IMG/VR virus record: IMGVR_UViG_3300028549_000249
Location: 1 to 64,000 of that record
Direction: 5' to 3' (one strand)
Length of the DNA: 64,000 bases
Source: a virus
Lineage: Duplodnaviria; Caudoviricetes
This document shows positions 10,263 through 20,129 of the stretch, piece after piece (positions within the stretch are counted from its first letter, which is position 1; the number at the start of each line of letters is the position of its first letter). Below the pieces are notes generated by a model, which was not told the origin of the DNA, did not search any database, and saw only the letters and a program-made list of their open reading frames with translations. The translations under genes were made by a program, and so were the position numbers.

Positions 10263-11522
10263 ATGACTACGATAGTGATACCTCTTCATCCGATTGGTGG
10301 GAAGTTCAAGAACAACACCGAGCTTCGCTTCGCGCTCCGTTCGCTTGAGAAGCACTTCAAGGGGAAGTATGAGGTCGTTATCCTCGGAGAAAAAATCCCC
10401 ACTTGGATCACTGGTGTCCGCCACATCGTCGGAGGTGGTCTGAAGCAATGCCTGAAGATCGCGGCGGATGAGTTCCCCGATGGGTTCTTTTGGTTCTACG
10501 ACGATTGCTGCCTTGTTAGAGATACAAACGCTGAGATGATGAAGATCACTCCGTGCTGTGCTCAGTGGGGCGATGGCGTTGGTGGAACGAAGTGGGGCAA
10601 AGCTCTACAGTCGATTCGTGCTCGCCTTGTCGCTGAAGGAATACCCCCGTGGGACTACTCCCGCCCTCACGGCCCTTACTGGTTCGATAAGTCGATGGTC
10701 GAGGAGGGGTTCTCCGACTGGCCGAACATGAAGAGCAAGTTTCCTTGGGAGAGCTGGATCTTGTCGAAGCGCAACTGGCCTCGCCGACACGGGGTGGTCG
10801 ATCAATACTATGGGCCTTACCATCAACCTAACACTGGTGCGTGGTTCGTGAATTACTCGAATGCGGGGAACACCCCTCAGCTTCACAACTACCTAACCAG
10901 TAAGTTCCCTGCACCCTCGAAGTTCGAGTTGCCAGATGGGAAGTCCACCGACATCAATGTTGAGGTAGGGAAGCCGACTCCGTTCCTGATCCATATCCCG
11001 AAGACCGCAGGGACCAGTATTCTAACAGCACTCAATCAGAATTGGCGGGTGCCTGTAACTGGAACACACTTCGCCACCGACCACCCGAAGTTCGTGTCCT
11101 ACAGGAGAGGCAAGAACCTCCGCCTGTTTTGTGTCGTTAGAAATCCATACGACAGGGCGTGGTCGGTCTACAAATTCTTCCACCGCGACAAGGTTGGTAG
11201 TCCGAGGGGTGATAAGATTTTCCGGTCCTTCGTGCAGCACATGACCTGCGAGGAGTTCTGGCTCCACCCAAACCTCGACAAGTTCATTGGGTTCATGCCC
11301 CACCTCCGAACGCAGTCAAGCTACCTCAAGTGCGATGTCGAAGTTCTGAGGTTCGAGTCCCTTGCCGAAGAGTGGAAAGCGTTTGCGCCTAACCGTAGAC
11401 GCCTTCTGAAGTCTCAAGTATCTCCCGGTGTTCCTTGGCAGGAAGCATTGACCCCGAAAGTCAAGGAGGTTATAGCCTTGCGCTATAGTGAAGACTTCGA
11501 GCGATTCAATTACCCAATATGA
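10263..11522 (+). CDS. Stealth-like phosphotransferase domain fused to a sulfotransferase domain
   Basis: N-terminal NNTELRFALRSLEKH (Stealth CR2-like ELRYSLRS); C-terminal FLIHIPKTAGTSI (5'-PSB loop), FCVVRNPYDRAWSVY (3'-PB) and RFESL of the Sulfotransfer_2 family. Confidence 0.75.
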   Translation: MTTIVIPLHPIGGKFKNNTELRFALRSLEKHFKGKYEVVILGEKIPTWITGVRHIVGGGLKQCLKIAADEFPDGFFWFYDDCCLVRDTNAEMMKITPCCAQWGDGVGGTKWGKALQSIRARLVAEGIPPWDYSRPHGPYWFDKSMVEEGFSDWPNMKSKFPWESWILSKRNWPRRHGVVDQYYGPYHQPNTGAWFVNYSNAGNTPQLHNYLTSKFPAPSKFELPDGKSTDINVEVGKPTPFLIHIPKTAGTSILTALNQNWRVPVTGTHFATDHPKFVSYRRGKNLRLFCVVRNPYDRAWSVYKFFHRDKVGSPRGDKIFRSFVQHMTCEEFWLHPNLDKFIGFMPHLRTQSSYLKCDVEVLRFESLAEEWKAFAPNRRRLLKSQVSPGVPWQEALTPKVKEVIALRYSEDFERFNYPI

Positions 11523-12196
11523 AAAAAGTCCTATACACGAGCGGCGATGACCTTCCCTACTGGGATCTAGTTGTTGATAGATTCAAAGCCTACGCTGCTA
11601 GGTGCGGAGCCGAGCTGGTTGTCCTTCCGAAACGTCAGGGTGACAACCCGCAGTGGGTCCTCTTCGATTGCATGGCGCACAGCCTTACTTACGGCAGCGA
11701 GGATGTGTCCGCTTTGTGGGTGGATGCGGATATAGTCATAACCAGCTACGCTAGGGACCTGTTCGGCTACGGCCGACTCATGGTGTGCGAACCGGGAACC
11801 CCTCAGCGTGTCCACCCAAAGTGGGCGCGTGCTGTCAGGAATCCGAAGTGGAAGGTCCCTAACATGAGACCATACCCCATTACTGCGGTGGTTGCGTGGA
11901 GGCCGAGACATGTAAGGCAGCTGGTCCCGTGGTTCCTGTCTGGGGCGTCCACTCGGCGCTTCCCCGGGAAGGGCCAAAGGACTAACAATTGGTGGGGAGA
12001 TCAGGAGGTCCTAGCTTTGGGTCTGTTCGAGCTTGAGCTTCCGTTCTTTTTCTTTCCCACTGTGGTTCATTCGATGGGCGCTAGGATAGATAGGTGTGAG
12101 TTCGGACATGCTGCGGGCGGGACCAGCTCTCCTATGCGGAAAAAAGTCCCTCAGATTAAACGGATCATCCACAAGGTAGAACAATGGGAGAAATAA
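11519..12196 (+). CDS. glycosyltransferase-like (GT-A, DxD)
   Basis: ALWVDADIV DxD motif; WGDQEVL; C-terminal FGHAAGG. Confidence 0.65.
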   Translation: MKKVLYTSGDDLPYWDLVVDRFKAYAARCGAELVVLPKRQGDNPQWVLFDCMAHSLTYGSEDVSALWVDADIVITSYARDLFGYGRLMVCEPGTPQRVHPKWARAVRNPKWKVPNMRPYPITAVVAWRPRHVRQLVPWFLSGASTRRFPGKGQRTNNWWGDQEVLALGLFELELPFFFFPTVVHSMGARIDRCEFGHAAGGTSSPMRKKVPQIKRIIHKVEQWEK

Positions 12197-13485
12197 CTAA
12201 CAACACTTCCGTGCTGGTTGATGTCCACACTCTTAGGTATGGTGACGCATGGTGGATAGACCTATGCGGAAAATCGCTAGACTCATGGGCTGAGCGTCAC
12301 AATTATACGCTGAAGGTTTGGGGTTTGACTGACATTCCCCAAGGCTACCCTTGCACAAAATTTGTGGTTGTTGATATGCTCCGCGAGTTCGTGGTAGGCA
12401 AGAGTGACCTATTCCTCTTCGTTGACGGCGACGTAGTTGTTTCTGGAGATGCCCCAGAATTCCCCCTTTTAGGTGATGGCCCTGAGATCCATATCCTAGC
12501 TCATAGGACTGATACTAAAGCGGGCGCAGAGTATCGTCCATGGATTCGCCGACACTACAGGGATAGCTTACCTAGCCTTGATAAGTGGCTCTACCGCAAT
12601 ACTGGGGTGTGGGCGTGCAACCGGAAAGGGGCAGCCATTTTGCTTGAGTCCATACGGAAGCCCTATTTCCGTGGCGTTCAGGAGCAGCATCAGTTGAACC
12701 AGTGGATGTTTGTCGCCTCCTCCTTGGGAGCCTTAATAGTTGACCTACCTCACTCTTGGAATATGCTCCCCGTCGAGCAGGGGGCAGCTTACTTCTATCA
12801 CTTGTGTGGAAGGCATAAGGGGGGAGCCTATAATCAACTGAAGAACCAAATCACACTACAGACTAGCATGAAGACCTCTTTTAACATTGAGAAATATCGC
12901 TTCGCCAATTGTGGCACACAGATGCCGATGGATGAGTTGCACATTCAGATGCTCCACTCGTCTGTCCTTATGTTAGGTAGGTCTGGGCTGGTTGCAGTCG
13001 AAATCGGCTCTTACCGTGGAGCCTCAACCTCGGCACTTATTGAGGCTGTGAATATAGGAGTAGTTGAGCATCTTCACATCATTGAGATTAAGCCTACCGA
13101 AACTCTGCGTCAGATCATGGCTTTGTGTTTGTATCCTGATAGGATCACTCTTCACACTTGCAACTCGTGGGAGACGCCTATCACAAAGGCCGACGTTGTG
13201 TTTATTGATGGGCACCACGGTTGGCCAGCTCTCGCCGACGTCCTTGTCTCCCTTCGGTGGGGAGCCTCGGTGATCAGCATGCACGACACTCGCAACTACA
13301 GCTACGGGATACGTGGATGCTACGGCTCTGGGATTGGAGCTGACAACCTAAAGGTGATGCCCGATAGAGTATGGTTCGAGGACTTTGCTACTAGGGCTGG
13401 CACTAGGACCCATAGGGGTTTCGGCGTGTCAGTTACCAAGGGGATCGACATCTCCGCCTTGGAGGAGATTCAGGCGAGCGTTTGA
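12184..13485 (+). CDS. GT-A glycosyltransferase fused to class I SAM methyltransferase (Methyltransf_24-like)
   Basis: LFLFVDGDVVV, NTGVW, EQHQLN, WN...FYHLCG; then VEIGSYRGAST, VFIDGHH, ISMHD. Confidence 0.75.
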   Translation: MGEITNNTSVLVDVHTLRYGDAWWIDLCGKSLDSWAERHNYTLKVWGLTDIPQGYPCTKFVVVDMLREFVVGKSDLFLFVDGDVVVSGDAPEFPLLGDGPEIHILAHRTDTKAGAEYRPWIRRHYRDSLPSLDKWLYRNTGVWACNRKGAAILLESIRKPYFRGVQEQHQLNQWMFVASSLGALIVDLPHSWNMLPVEQGAAYFYHLCGRHKGGAYNQLKNQITLQTSMKTSFNIEKYRFANCGTQMPMDELHIQMLHSSVLMLGRSGLVAVEIGSYRGASTSALIEAVNIGVVEHLHIIEIKPTETLRQIMALCLYPDRITLHTCNSWETPITKADVVFIDGHHGWPALADVLVSLRWGASVISMHDTRNYSYGIRGCYGSGIGADNLKVMPDRVWFEDFATRAGTRTHRGFGVSVTKGIDISALEEIQASV

Positions 13486-13516
13486 CCGTCGGTCAAATCC
13501 CGCCGCTTATCGTGAC

Positions 13517-13545
13517 TTGACTTGGGAGGGGCGGTCTACTATCGT
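13517..13545 (+). promoter_or_regulatory. sigma70-like promoter (TTGACT-17-TATCGT)
   Basis: Canonical spacing; starts 20 bp after the palindrome at 13481-13497. Confidence 0.5.
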
Positions 13546-13608
13546 CTCTGGCATGTCTGCACACGCTCATGCAGGCGGTAGTTTCTCCTCCCCTACACCA
13601 CAAAAACA

Positions 13609-14019
13609 ATGTCCTGTTACGGCGCAGCCATCGAACTTCCATGCACCACTCTAGGTGATTACTGGCCACCCTCTGTGGACATGACTGGTAAGATCATGTT
13701 CGGCCCTATTCAGTTTCAGGATGCGGACACTCTAGCCACCTCTAACCCCACCACCGTCCTCGACAGGGTTGTCGTTACAATGTCGCTGCCGTCGAGCACG
13801 GCAAAGAAATACATCATCGATTCTGACTCGCCTCAGACGAGGGATGCGGAGGTGGTGATCACTAACAGCGTAGGTATCTGGACGTTCGAGATCCGCACCA
13901 TCATGTCATTCCTGCCGAAGGTGGGAGATTGGTCGGCGGATATTGCGATCTACCACGGAGGCGCTACCCGCCCTCTAACTATTTACACCTCAACAATCAC
14001 TGTCTTTCCGCAAGTATGA
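13609..14019 (+). CDS. BppU-like/baseplate-associated Ig-like protein
   Basis: GDYW...I.F, WSADIAIY...TIYTSTITVFPQV pattern; precedes the fibre genes. Confidence 0.45.
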   Translation: MSCYGAAIELPCTTLGDYWPPSVDMTGKIMFGPIQFQDADTLATSNPTTVLDRVVVTMSLPSSTAKKYIIDSDSPQTRDAEVVITNSVGIWTFEIRTIMSFLPKVGDWSADIAIYHGGATRPLTIYTSTITVFPQV

Positions 14020-14669
14020 GCCACCTAAACATAATCGCTCCGGTTACTATTCGCGGTATCGATGGACCCGCGACGAGTGCTGCCCTCATCCTTGCAATCG
14101 AAGAGGATCAAGATGCGGCGTTAGAGGCTCTTGGTATTCCGAAGGATAACCGCACCGCCGTTGCACCTCCCACTGCGGACGATGATAGCGACTCTGGTTA
14201 CTCTGTCGGCTCCCTTTGGATCGACAACGTAGAGAAGGAAGCCTACCGCTGCCTCGGCGCTACTGTCGGCGCAGCAATCTGGCAGCTCGCCACCTTGAGT
14301 CCAGAGGACCTCGGCACCGCCGCTTTCGCCAACACGGGAACCACGGAGGGAACTGTTCCTCTGTTAGGTGCAGGTGGTAAGCTCAGTGAGTCGGTGCTCC
14401 CTCCTGCCGCCCCATCGTCAGCAATCCTTAGGACAACCGCGCAAGGCCCTCCTATCGACAACGAGACCGACCCTCTCTACATCGGACGCTGGTGCAGAGT
14501 AGGGGACTCCTTCCCTTTCGATTGGTATCAGGCAGATACTCTCACCACGTGGGTCATGCGATACAGCGGCTTGAGCCCCGTGATTTTCAATGAGGATCAA
14601 TCGATCTTCCAGAAGATTGTGATTGTCGGAACTGCAACTAACGAATATCTCCAAATTCAAAATCTATGA
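14016..14669 (+). CDS. tail fibre-associated protein
   Basis: APPTADDDSDSGYSVGSLWID...AYRCLGATVGAAIW motif common in fibre proteins; ATGA overlap puts the start at 14016. Confidence 0.55.
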   Translation: MSHLNIIAPVTIRGIDGPATSAALILAIEEDQDAALEALGIPKDNRTAVAPPTADDDSDSGYSVGSLWIDNVEKEAYRCLGATVGAAIWQLATLSPEDLGTAAFANTGTTEGTVPLLGAGGKLSESVLPPAAPSSAILRTTAQGPPIDNETDPLYIGRWCRVGDSFPFDWYQADTLTTWVMRYSGLSPVIFNEDQSIFQKIVIVGTATNEYLQIQNL

Positions 14670-17600
14670 TCAAAACTATCCTCATCTTTGCGCTTCTTTC
14701 ATCTGTCGTTTTTGGCCAGTCAAGCATGGTCAATGGCAAGGGCGGAGGTATCACCGACCCTACGGCATTCAAGACCGCTCTGGCGCTTGAGAACGTGGGT
14801 AACACGAGCGATGCCGACAAGCCTGTCTCCACTGCCACGCAGACAGCTCTCGACCTCAAAGCAGCGATTGATTCAGTTCAGTTGTCGAGCTTCACCGCTG
14901 CGAACGACAGAACCTACACAACTGTGGCCACGCTCACTGTTACCGATCCGGCACCAGTTGAAGGCAAAGGATTCATTGTTGTAGTAAGGAACGGAACCGC
15001 AACCGTTGGTGGCACAGCCTACGCCACGGCTGGCACAGTGATTCGCAGATCGTTTCACTCTGGAGCATGGGCTAATTATGCTTATCAGGATAGTGCAGCT
15101 TATGTCACACTGACAGGCAATCAGACAATCGCGGGCGAGAAGATGTTTTCGGATACTCTTCTTGGTGGCGTGATCAAGGCGCGTAGCGGGGCTTCTGTTG
15201 ATATTCAGAATGCAGTTGGCGATAGTCTTCTCCGCGTAGGTGTTGACCACACCGGAACTGGAGGGCGCAATACCGGAGTTGCGGAGGGCGTTTCCACAAC
15301 TGCAAGCGGGGATAGTAGCCACGCCGAGGGATATAGCACAACCGCAAGTGGAAACTTTAGTCATGCAGAGCTATACAAATCAGAAGCCACTGGTTTAGTG
15401 AGTCATGCTGGTGGAGCACAAGCAAAAGCCATCCACAATGGAACATTCGTTCGGACTGACTCTGAGACTGCCGATTTTGAGTCCATCCAAGCCAATGAGT
15501 GTGCGATGCGATTCGCTAACGGATACCGTCTCACTGGTGGCGATCTTACTGCGCCAAATGTCAGCGGCACAAACACCGGAGACGAAACTGTCTCCAGCCT
15601 GACCACTCTCATTGACAGCAACCCTGACGCGATCAGGAACTCCCTTTCTGTTCCGTCTCTACAAGGCTTTGGCTTTGTCGATCCAAGCACCGTCTCGATC
15701 ACCTACACGAACACTGGAAACGATGTCACTCTCACTGTTGCCCCTATCTCTCCAGCGACGACGTTCACCGTCTATGCTGGCCCAGTAGCGAAGACCCACA
15801 CATTCACCGGAGCGCAGACGAAAACGATTTCAGCGTCCTCTACCAACTATTTCTTTTACTATGAGAATGTTGGTGGGGTGATGACATTGCAATCCTCGAC
15901 CTCTCCATGGGTGATTGGCCAACACGCGCCTATCAGCTACTTGACTTGGGATTCCTTTGCTCAGTCTGGAGTCTTCAAATTGTGGGAGCTTCACAGCACT
16001 GCGATGGATGATGCCACGCATGCCTATAATCACACAACGTCAGGCGCGAAATACGTCATCAATAGCGGATTGGATATGATTCACAACGCCACAACCGGAA
16101 CGCCCGCCAGTTCTGGTCTGAACACGATGATCGGCATCACGGCTGGCTCATTCCGCGACGAGGATATTCAAGTCACCACAGTCAATGGAACCAGCGGAAC
16201 CGTCAAGTGGGAGCAAGACCACGGGCCACAGACAATTGGAGCCGTTGCACTTGCTAACGGTGGGCAATTTCCCGTGATGTATTACAACGGCGCACGCGCA
16301 GTCCGGTCTGTCACGAATGGTCGTTTCCCATTCCTGTTCACATCGAACATCCCCGATTACGTCAACGCTTCGGGCGCGATCACGCCAGTTACCGAAGACC
16401 GGCGTTTCGGATACTGGTTGATTGTGACTTCGGATATTGACGACCCAATCAGATTGGTTCCTCACCGCGCTGTTTACACATCGCTCGCTGCGGCACAGGC
16501 TGGAATGGCATTAACAGCATTGCCAGCCGACCTGCAAGGAATTCAAGCGACTGAGGTGCTTTGTGCTTACCGTTTGATCTTCCGATACAACGCAAGTGGC
16601 GGCGGGTCTTCTGGTTCAACAGCAATCAAAAACACTCAACTTGAGAATGCAACTGACTTCCGCGCGGCTCAGGTTGCTTTGATCACTGGCACGGCTCCGA
16701 ATAACGCTTCGGCGGTGATCGTCACGCCATCCGGAAACATCGAATCGACAAACGTGCAATCGGCACTTGAGGAATTAGATTCTGAAAAGGCAACCTCAAC
16801 ACAAGGAGAGATCGCAGATGAGCGTTTGGCATGGACGAGACTTTGGAGATGGCGGAAAAAGCTTGAGGTTTCGGGATACGCGCCACGGATTGCCCTGATG
16901 GGAGACTCAATGATAGGCATGCCGATCACAAAAATGCGTCAGCACATCTGGAAGCTTTTCGGCCAAGGTGGTGTAATTTTTGTTGAGCCGAGTGGAAGTG
17001 GTGGTGCAACCACTCTTACCACTGCCTACACGACATGGTATAACGGTTATGCCGTTCGCTTATCCAACACAGGACATACGGCGACCATTGGACTCAACGG
17101 TGGCAACTCTGGAGTCGCAGGAGACAAGATGAAGCTCTATTACGTCACCAAGCCCGGTGGCGGCACGTTTAAGGTGCAAAGCACCGAGGATGGCACAACA
17201 TGGACGGACGAGGTTGGCTACACTGCCGTTTCCTCTGACGGCACTCTTGCAGGTTCGATCATCGACCTTGCCGCAAAGACCACGATTCGCAAAGTTCGCA
17301 GACTCCGTGCAGTCTGGGTGTCTGGTGGGGAAGTGGACATCATCGGCGGTGCGATTTACGATACCCGCTCCTATGGGGCGATGGTGGCATTGCTAGCTCC
17401 ACAGTCGAATGACCTTGCCGACAACATCACAGCATCGACGGCAATCATGAATCCGATCTTTGCCGACATCGGTGTCGATCTATTTGTCTATTCTCACTTC
17501 GACGGAGGGCAAGCGAATTGGGCCGCCAATCAAGAGACTTGGCAAAACATGGTGAATACCGCATCAGCAACTACCCCAACTTGGTTGGTAATTGGGCCAC

Positions 17601-18472
17601 CAGCAGGAGAGGATGATGCTCAAGACGTATTTAATGCAGCGCAAGCCGCCGCGCAAAAGACAATTGCCGAATCGCGTGGGGATGCCTTTTGGGATAACCG
17701 CAGATGGGCAGGAACGCCAACGCAAGCGAACGCTTGGGGGCTGCAAATCGATGGAGACATCCACTACGAAGAACTCGCACAGTGGCAATGGATCGTGCAA
17801 TGCTTTGAAGACGTTGGTGTAGCAATGTCCATCACTGGTTTCCCAGCAGCCAACGAATCGCTTGCTCTCAAATACGCCCCGCAGATTCGCAGATCGAGGA
17901 ACTGGGTAGGCGGCACAATTGACGAACTTGAAATTTTAGGAACCCTACGTCTCTGTAACCCACCCGGATTGACTGGCATCGGTATGCTGAGGCTTGAAGA
18001 CATTAACGGCGCCACGTCATATCAAGACATTGGCTCTGTCAGTTACGAAACCAACACGCTCTGGCTGGCATCGCAGGGTAGCAAAACCTTCGGTTTCCAC
18101 CTCGGCGGTGGTTACGGCCCTTACACTTACGTCAATGGTTCCACCGCATCCGCACCGCTTGGGCAGATTGGACTTACTGCCAATCCAATCCTTGAGCTGA
18201 ACGTGGGAAAAACGATTCAGGCGGCTGGAGCAACTGGCAACGTAACAATCGACAAGACTTCTGGCAGAGTTCGATTCGCCGCAGCAGCGCAGGAATTGAC
18301 CGTCACTTGCCGCCATGCGACTTCAAACAGCGTTATCATGGCGACCGTTCTTGGTGATGATGCGACAGCGACAGATGTTCGCGTCAAGTCTACCACCGCT
18401 GGATCGTTCATTCTCAAACTCAACGCAGCAGCAACCGCAGAAACCGCAGTTAGCTGGTGGCTAATCCCATGA
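14666..18472 (+). CDS. tail fibre/receptor-binding protein with YadA-like head repeats and SGNH hydrolase domain
   Basis: DADKPVSTATQTALDLKA anchor; SHAEGYSTTASG repeats; IALMGDSM (GDS) with downstream DGDIHY; hydrophobic signal-like N-terminus. Confidence 0.75.
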   Translation: MIKTILIFALLSSVVFGQSSMVNGKGGGITDPTAFKTALALENVGNTSDADKPVSTATQTALDLKAAIDSVQLSSFTAANDRTYTTVATLTVTDPAPVEGKGFIVVVRNGTATVGGTAYATAGTVIRRSFHSGAWANYAYQDSAAYVTLTGNQTIAGEKMFSDTLLGGVIKARSGASVDIQNAVGDSLLRVGVDHTGTGGRNTGVAEGVSTTASGDSSHAEGYSTTASGNFSHAELYKSEATGLVSHAGGAQAKAIHNGTFVRTDSETADFESIQANECAMRFANGYRLTGGDLTAPNVSGTNTGDETVSSLTTLIDSNPDAIRNSLSVPSLQGFGFVDPSTVSITYTNTGNDVTLTVAPISPATTFTVYAGPVAKTHTFTGAQTKTISASSTNYFFYYENVGGVMTLQSSTSPWVIGQHAPISYLTWDSFAQSGVFKLWELHSTAMDDATHAYNHTTSGAKYVINSGLDMIHNATTGTPASSGLNTMIGITAGSFRDEDIQVTTVNGTSGTVKWEQDHGPQTIGAVALANGGQFPVMYYNGARAVRSVTNGRFPFLFTSNIPDYVNASGAITPVTEDRRFGYWLIVTSDIDDPIRLVPHRAVYTSLAAAQAGMALTALPADLQGIQATEVLCAYRLIFRYNASGGGSSGSTAIKNTQLENATDFRAAQVALITGTAPNNASAVIVTPSGNIESTNVQSALEELDSEKATSTQGEIADERLAWTRLWRWRKKLEVSGYAPRIALMGDSMIGMPITKMRQHIWKLFGQGGVIFVEPSGSGGATTLTTAYTTWYNGYAVRLSNTGHTATIGLNGGNSGVAGDKMKLYYVTKPGGGTFKVQSTEDGTTWTDEVGYTAVSSDGTLAGSIIDLAAKTTIRKVRRLRAVWVSGGEVDIIGGAIYDTRSYGAMVALLAPQSNDLADNITASTAIMNPIFADIGVDLFVYSHFDGGQANWAANQETWQNMVNTASATTPTWLVIGPPAGEDDAQDVFNAAQAAAQKTIAESRGDAFWDNRRWAGTPTQANAWGLQIDGDIHYEELAQWQWIVQCFEDVGVAMSITGFPAANESLALKYAPQIRRSRNWVGGTIDELEILGTLRLCNPPGLTGIGMLRLEDINGATSYQDIGSVSYETNTLWLASQGSKTFGFHLGGGYGPYTYVNGSTASAPLGQIGLTANPILELNVGKTIQAAGATGNVTIDKTSGRVRFAAAAQELTVTCRHATSNSVIMATVLGDDATATDVRVKSTTAGSFILKLNAAATAETAVSWWLIP

Positions 18473-18600
18473 ACACGCCACGACTCGAAACCAAAACATT
18501 CAGATGCTTTCTCACTCAGAAATCCGACTCACAGAGACGTAAAGGCACTCCAAAACGCCAGCCAAGAGGCAAGCAGCACAAACTAACTCGACCAGCCTAA
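18469..18600 (+). CDS. small basic protein (43 aa)
   Basis: ATGA overlap with the fibre stop; MNTPRLETKTF...HKLTRPA*. Confidence 0.35.
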   Translation: MNTPRLETKTFRCFLTQKSDSQRRKGTPKRQPRGKQHKLTRPA

Positions 18601-18604
18601 TCCG

Positions 18605-19129
18605 ATGCCACACCGCCTTACCGCAGCCCACATTGCCATGACTTACTCATTCGAGTTCATCGGACTGTTCTTCTCTACGTTGGCTGTCGGCATCAGCGAG
18701 TTCCTTGATGCCACTTCATGGGACAGGTTGCAAGGAACGCACGGAGCGTTGTTCTTCATGGCTATCGTCTCCTTCATTCTCTGGAATCACTTTCGCTCCC
18801 GCGAGAAGAGAGAGATCCAGCGAATCGAAAAGGCCGAGGCCCGTGAGGAGAAGCGGATCAAAGATCAGGAGGAGGAACGCAAAGAGGAGCGAGCAGCAGT
18901 AGAGCGCAGGCATGAGGAAGCAATGAAGCTCCAGCAAGCCAACCTGAAAGAGATGTCCGGACTCGCCGCCGAAGGAATCAAGGCACAGCTCATCGTTGCA
19001 GGCTCGCTCACCAGACTTGAAGAAGCACTCGCTAAACGCCCCTGTCAGTGCATGGAGGAGATTAATAGGCAGGCAGAGGAAGACGCCCTACGCAAGCTAA
19101 GACTTCCACCCATACTCAAAAAAAGATAA
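18605..19129 (+). CDS. membrane protein with coiled coil (holin/lysis-associated candidate)
   Basis: Two hydrophobic segments then an EKR-rich coiled coil; in the lysis block. Confidence 0.5.
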   Translation: MPHRLTAAHIAMTYSFEFIGLFFSTLAVGISEFLDATSWDRLQGTHGALFFMAIVSFILWNHFRSREKREIQRIEKAEAREEKRIKDQEEERKEERAAVERRHEEAMKLQQANLKEMSGLAAEGIKAQLIVAGSLTRLEEALAKRPCQCMEEINRQAEEDALRKLRLPPILKKR

Positions 19130-19142
19130 ACGAAACAGCAGC

Positions 19143-19301
19143 ATGATGACCGCAGCAGAAAACGCCCTCGCCGCAAAGTTGCTAGATCGTGCCGACGCAG
19201 TAGCAATTAGTAACCCTGAGAAGCTCGTCCCCATCATGCAGGCTTACAACCTACTGATGCAGGCCGCAGCAGCACGAGCATCAATCCCTGAAGGAAAATG
19301 A
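19143..19301 (+). CDS. small helical protein (52 aa)
   Basis: MMTAAENALAAKLL...IPEGK*; ATGA-coupled to the next gene. Confidence 0.5.
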   Translation: MMTAAENALAAKLLDRADAVAISNPEKLVPIMQAYNLLMQAAAARASIPEGK

Positions 19302-19444
19302 AACCGAAGCACATCATCCTCCTCTCCTCCATCGCTGTCGTAGGCTTAGTCGCCTCAGCAGCTTCTTACGTTGCACGGCTCAAGGACGAGCGTCTGTGTC
19401 GCCAAGCAGCGGGAGAGTCTAACCATGAACGTAAACGCGCATGA
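19298..19444 (+). CDS. small single-TM protein (48 aa)
   Basis: MKPKHIILLSSIAVVGLVASAASY...; ATGA overlaps at both ends. Confidence 0.5.
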   Translation: MKPKHIILLSSIAVVGLVASAASYVARLKDERLCRQAAGESNHERKRA

Positions 19445-19638
19445 CAAACAAGCAATCTATCGCCCGACTTATTCTTTACGTCCTCGCTACAATGGCCACC
19501 AGCGCAAGCGCAGGCATCACTGTAGTTGACTTCAACAATAAACAGCAGCTTGTTGGTTTCATCATCTCTGTCCTGTCTACTGGACTAGTGACAGCCCGCA
19601 GCTATATCGACCAATCCCCTAACCAAGTGATTTCATGA
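19441..19638 (+). CDS. putative holin (2 TM)
   Basis: 65 aa with two hydrophobic helices, two genes upstream of the endolysin. Confidence 0.5.
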   Translation: MTNKQSIARLILYVLATMATSASAGITVVDFNNKQQLVGFIISVLSTGLVTARSYIDQSPNQVIS

Positions 19639-20129
19639 AGCTCAAACACCCACTATTCCGCGAAGGCATCGAATGGTGTAGGCTAACCGATAAGGAGCGT
19701 ATGGGCGACGATGGCAAGCTCAAGATTTGGAAATACATCCTTCTTACCGACGTTTACTTCCAAGTCATGCTGCCAATCAGAAGCCGCTACTCCTTCGTTA
19801 GTGGCGGTCAGGTGTGGGGTAAGGTTACCAACGCAGGCATCACTGTCATGAAGGGCTACGCTTGGAACGGGTGCTCGTTCTCTCCAGACTGGGAGCTGCT
19901 CGCATCACTCCCGCACGACCTCCTCTATCAGTTCAGCGGGTGCGACAACTACCCAGAAACAGTCATCGGTCGCAACTTCTGTGATAACCTTTTCTATGGA
20001 CTCTGTGTCACCAAGGTAGGCTGGGCCTACCGCGTAGGGTTAGGACTTGGATCGTGGATGTGTTGGGACCAAATCCCAGCTAACGACGATCACATCAAAG
20101 TAGACAAACCGTGGGTAATTGCACAATGA
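19635..20129 (+). CDS. DUF1353-like protein
   Basis: ITVMKGYAWNGCS...ASLPHDLLYQ...CDNLF pattern. Confidence 0.65.
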   Translation: MKLKHPLFREGIEWCRLTDKERMGDDGKLKIWKYILLTDVYFQVMLPIRSRYSFVSGGQVWGKVTNAGITVMKGYAWNGCSFSPDWELLASLPHDLLYQFSGCDNYPETVIGRNFCDNLFYGLCVTKVGWAYRVGLGLGSWMCWDQIPANDDHIKVDKPWVIAQ

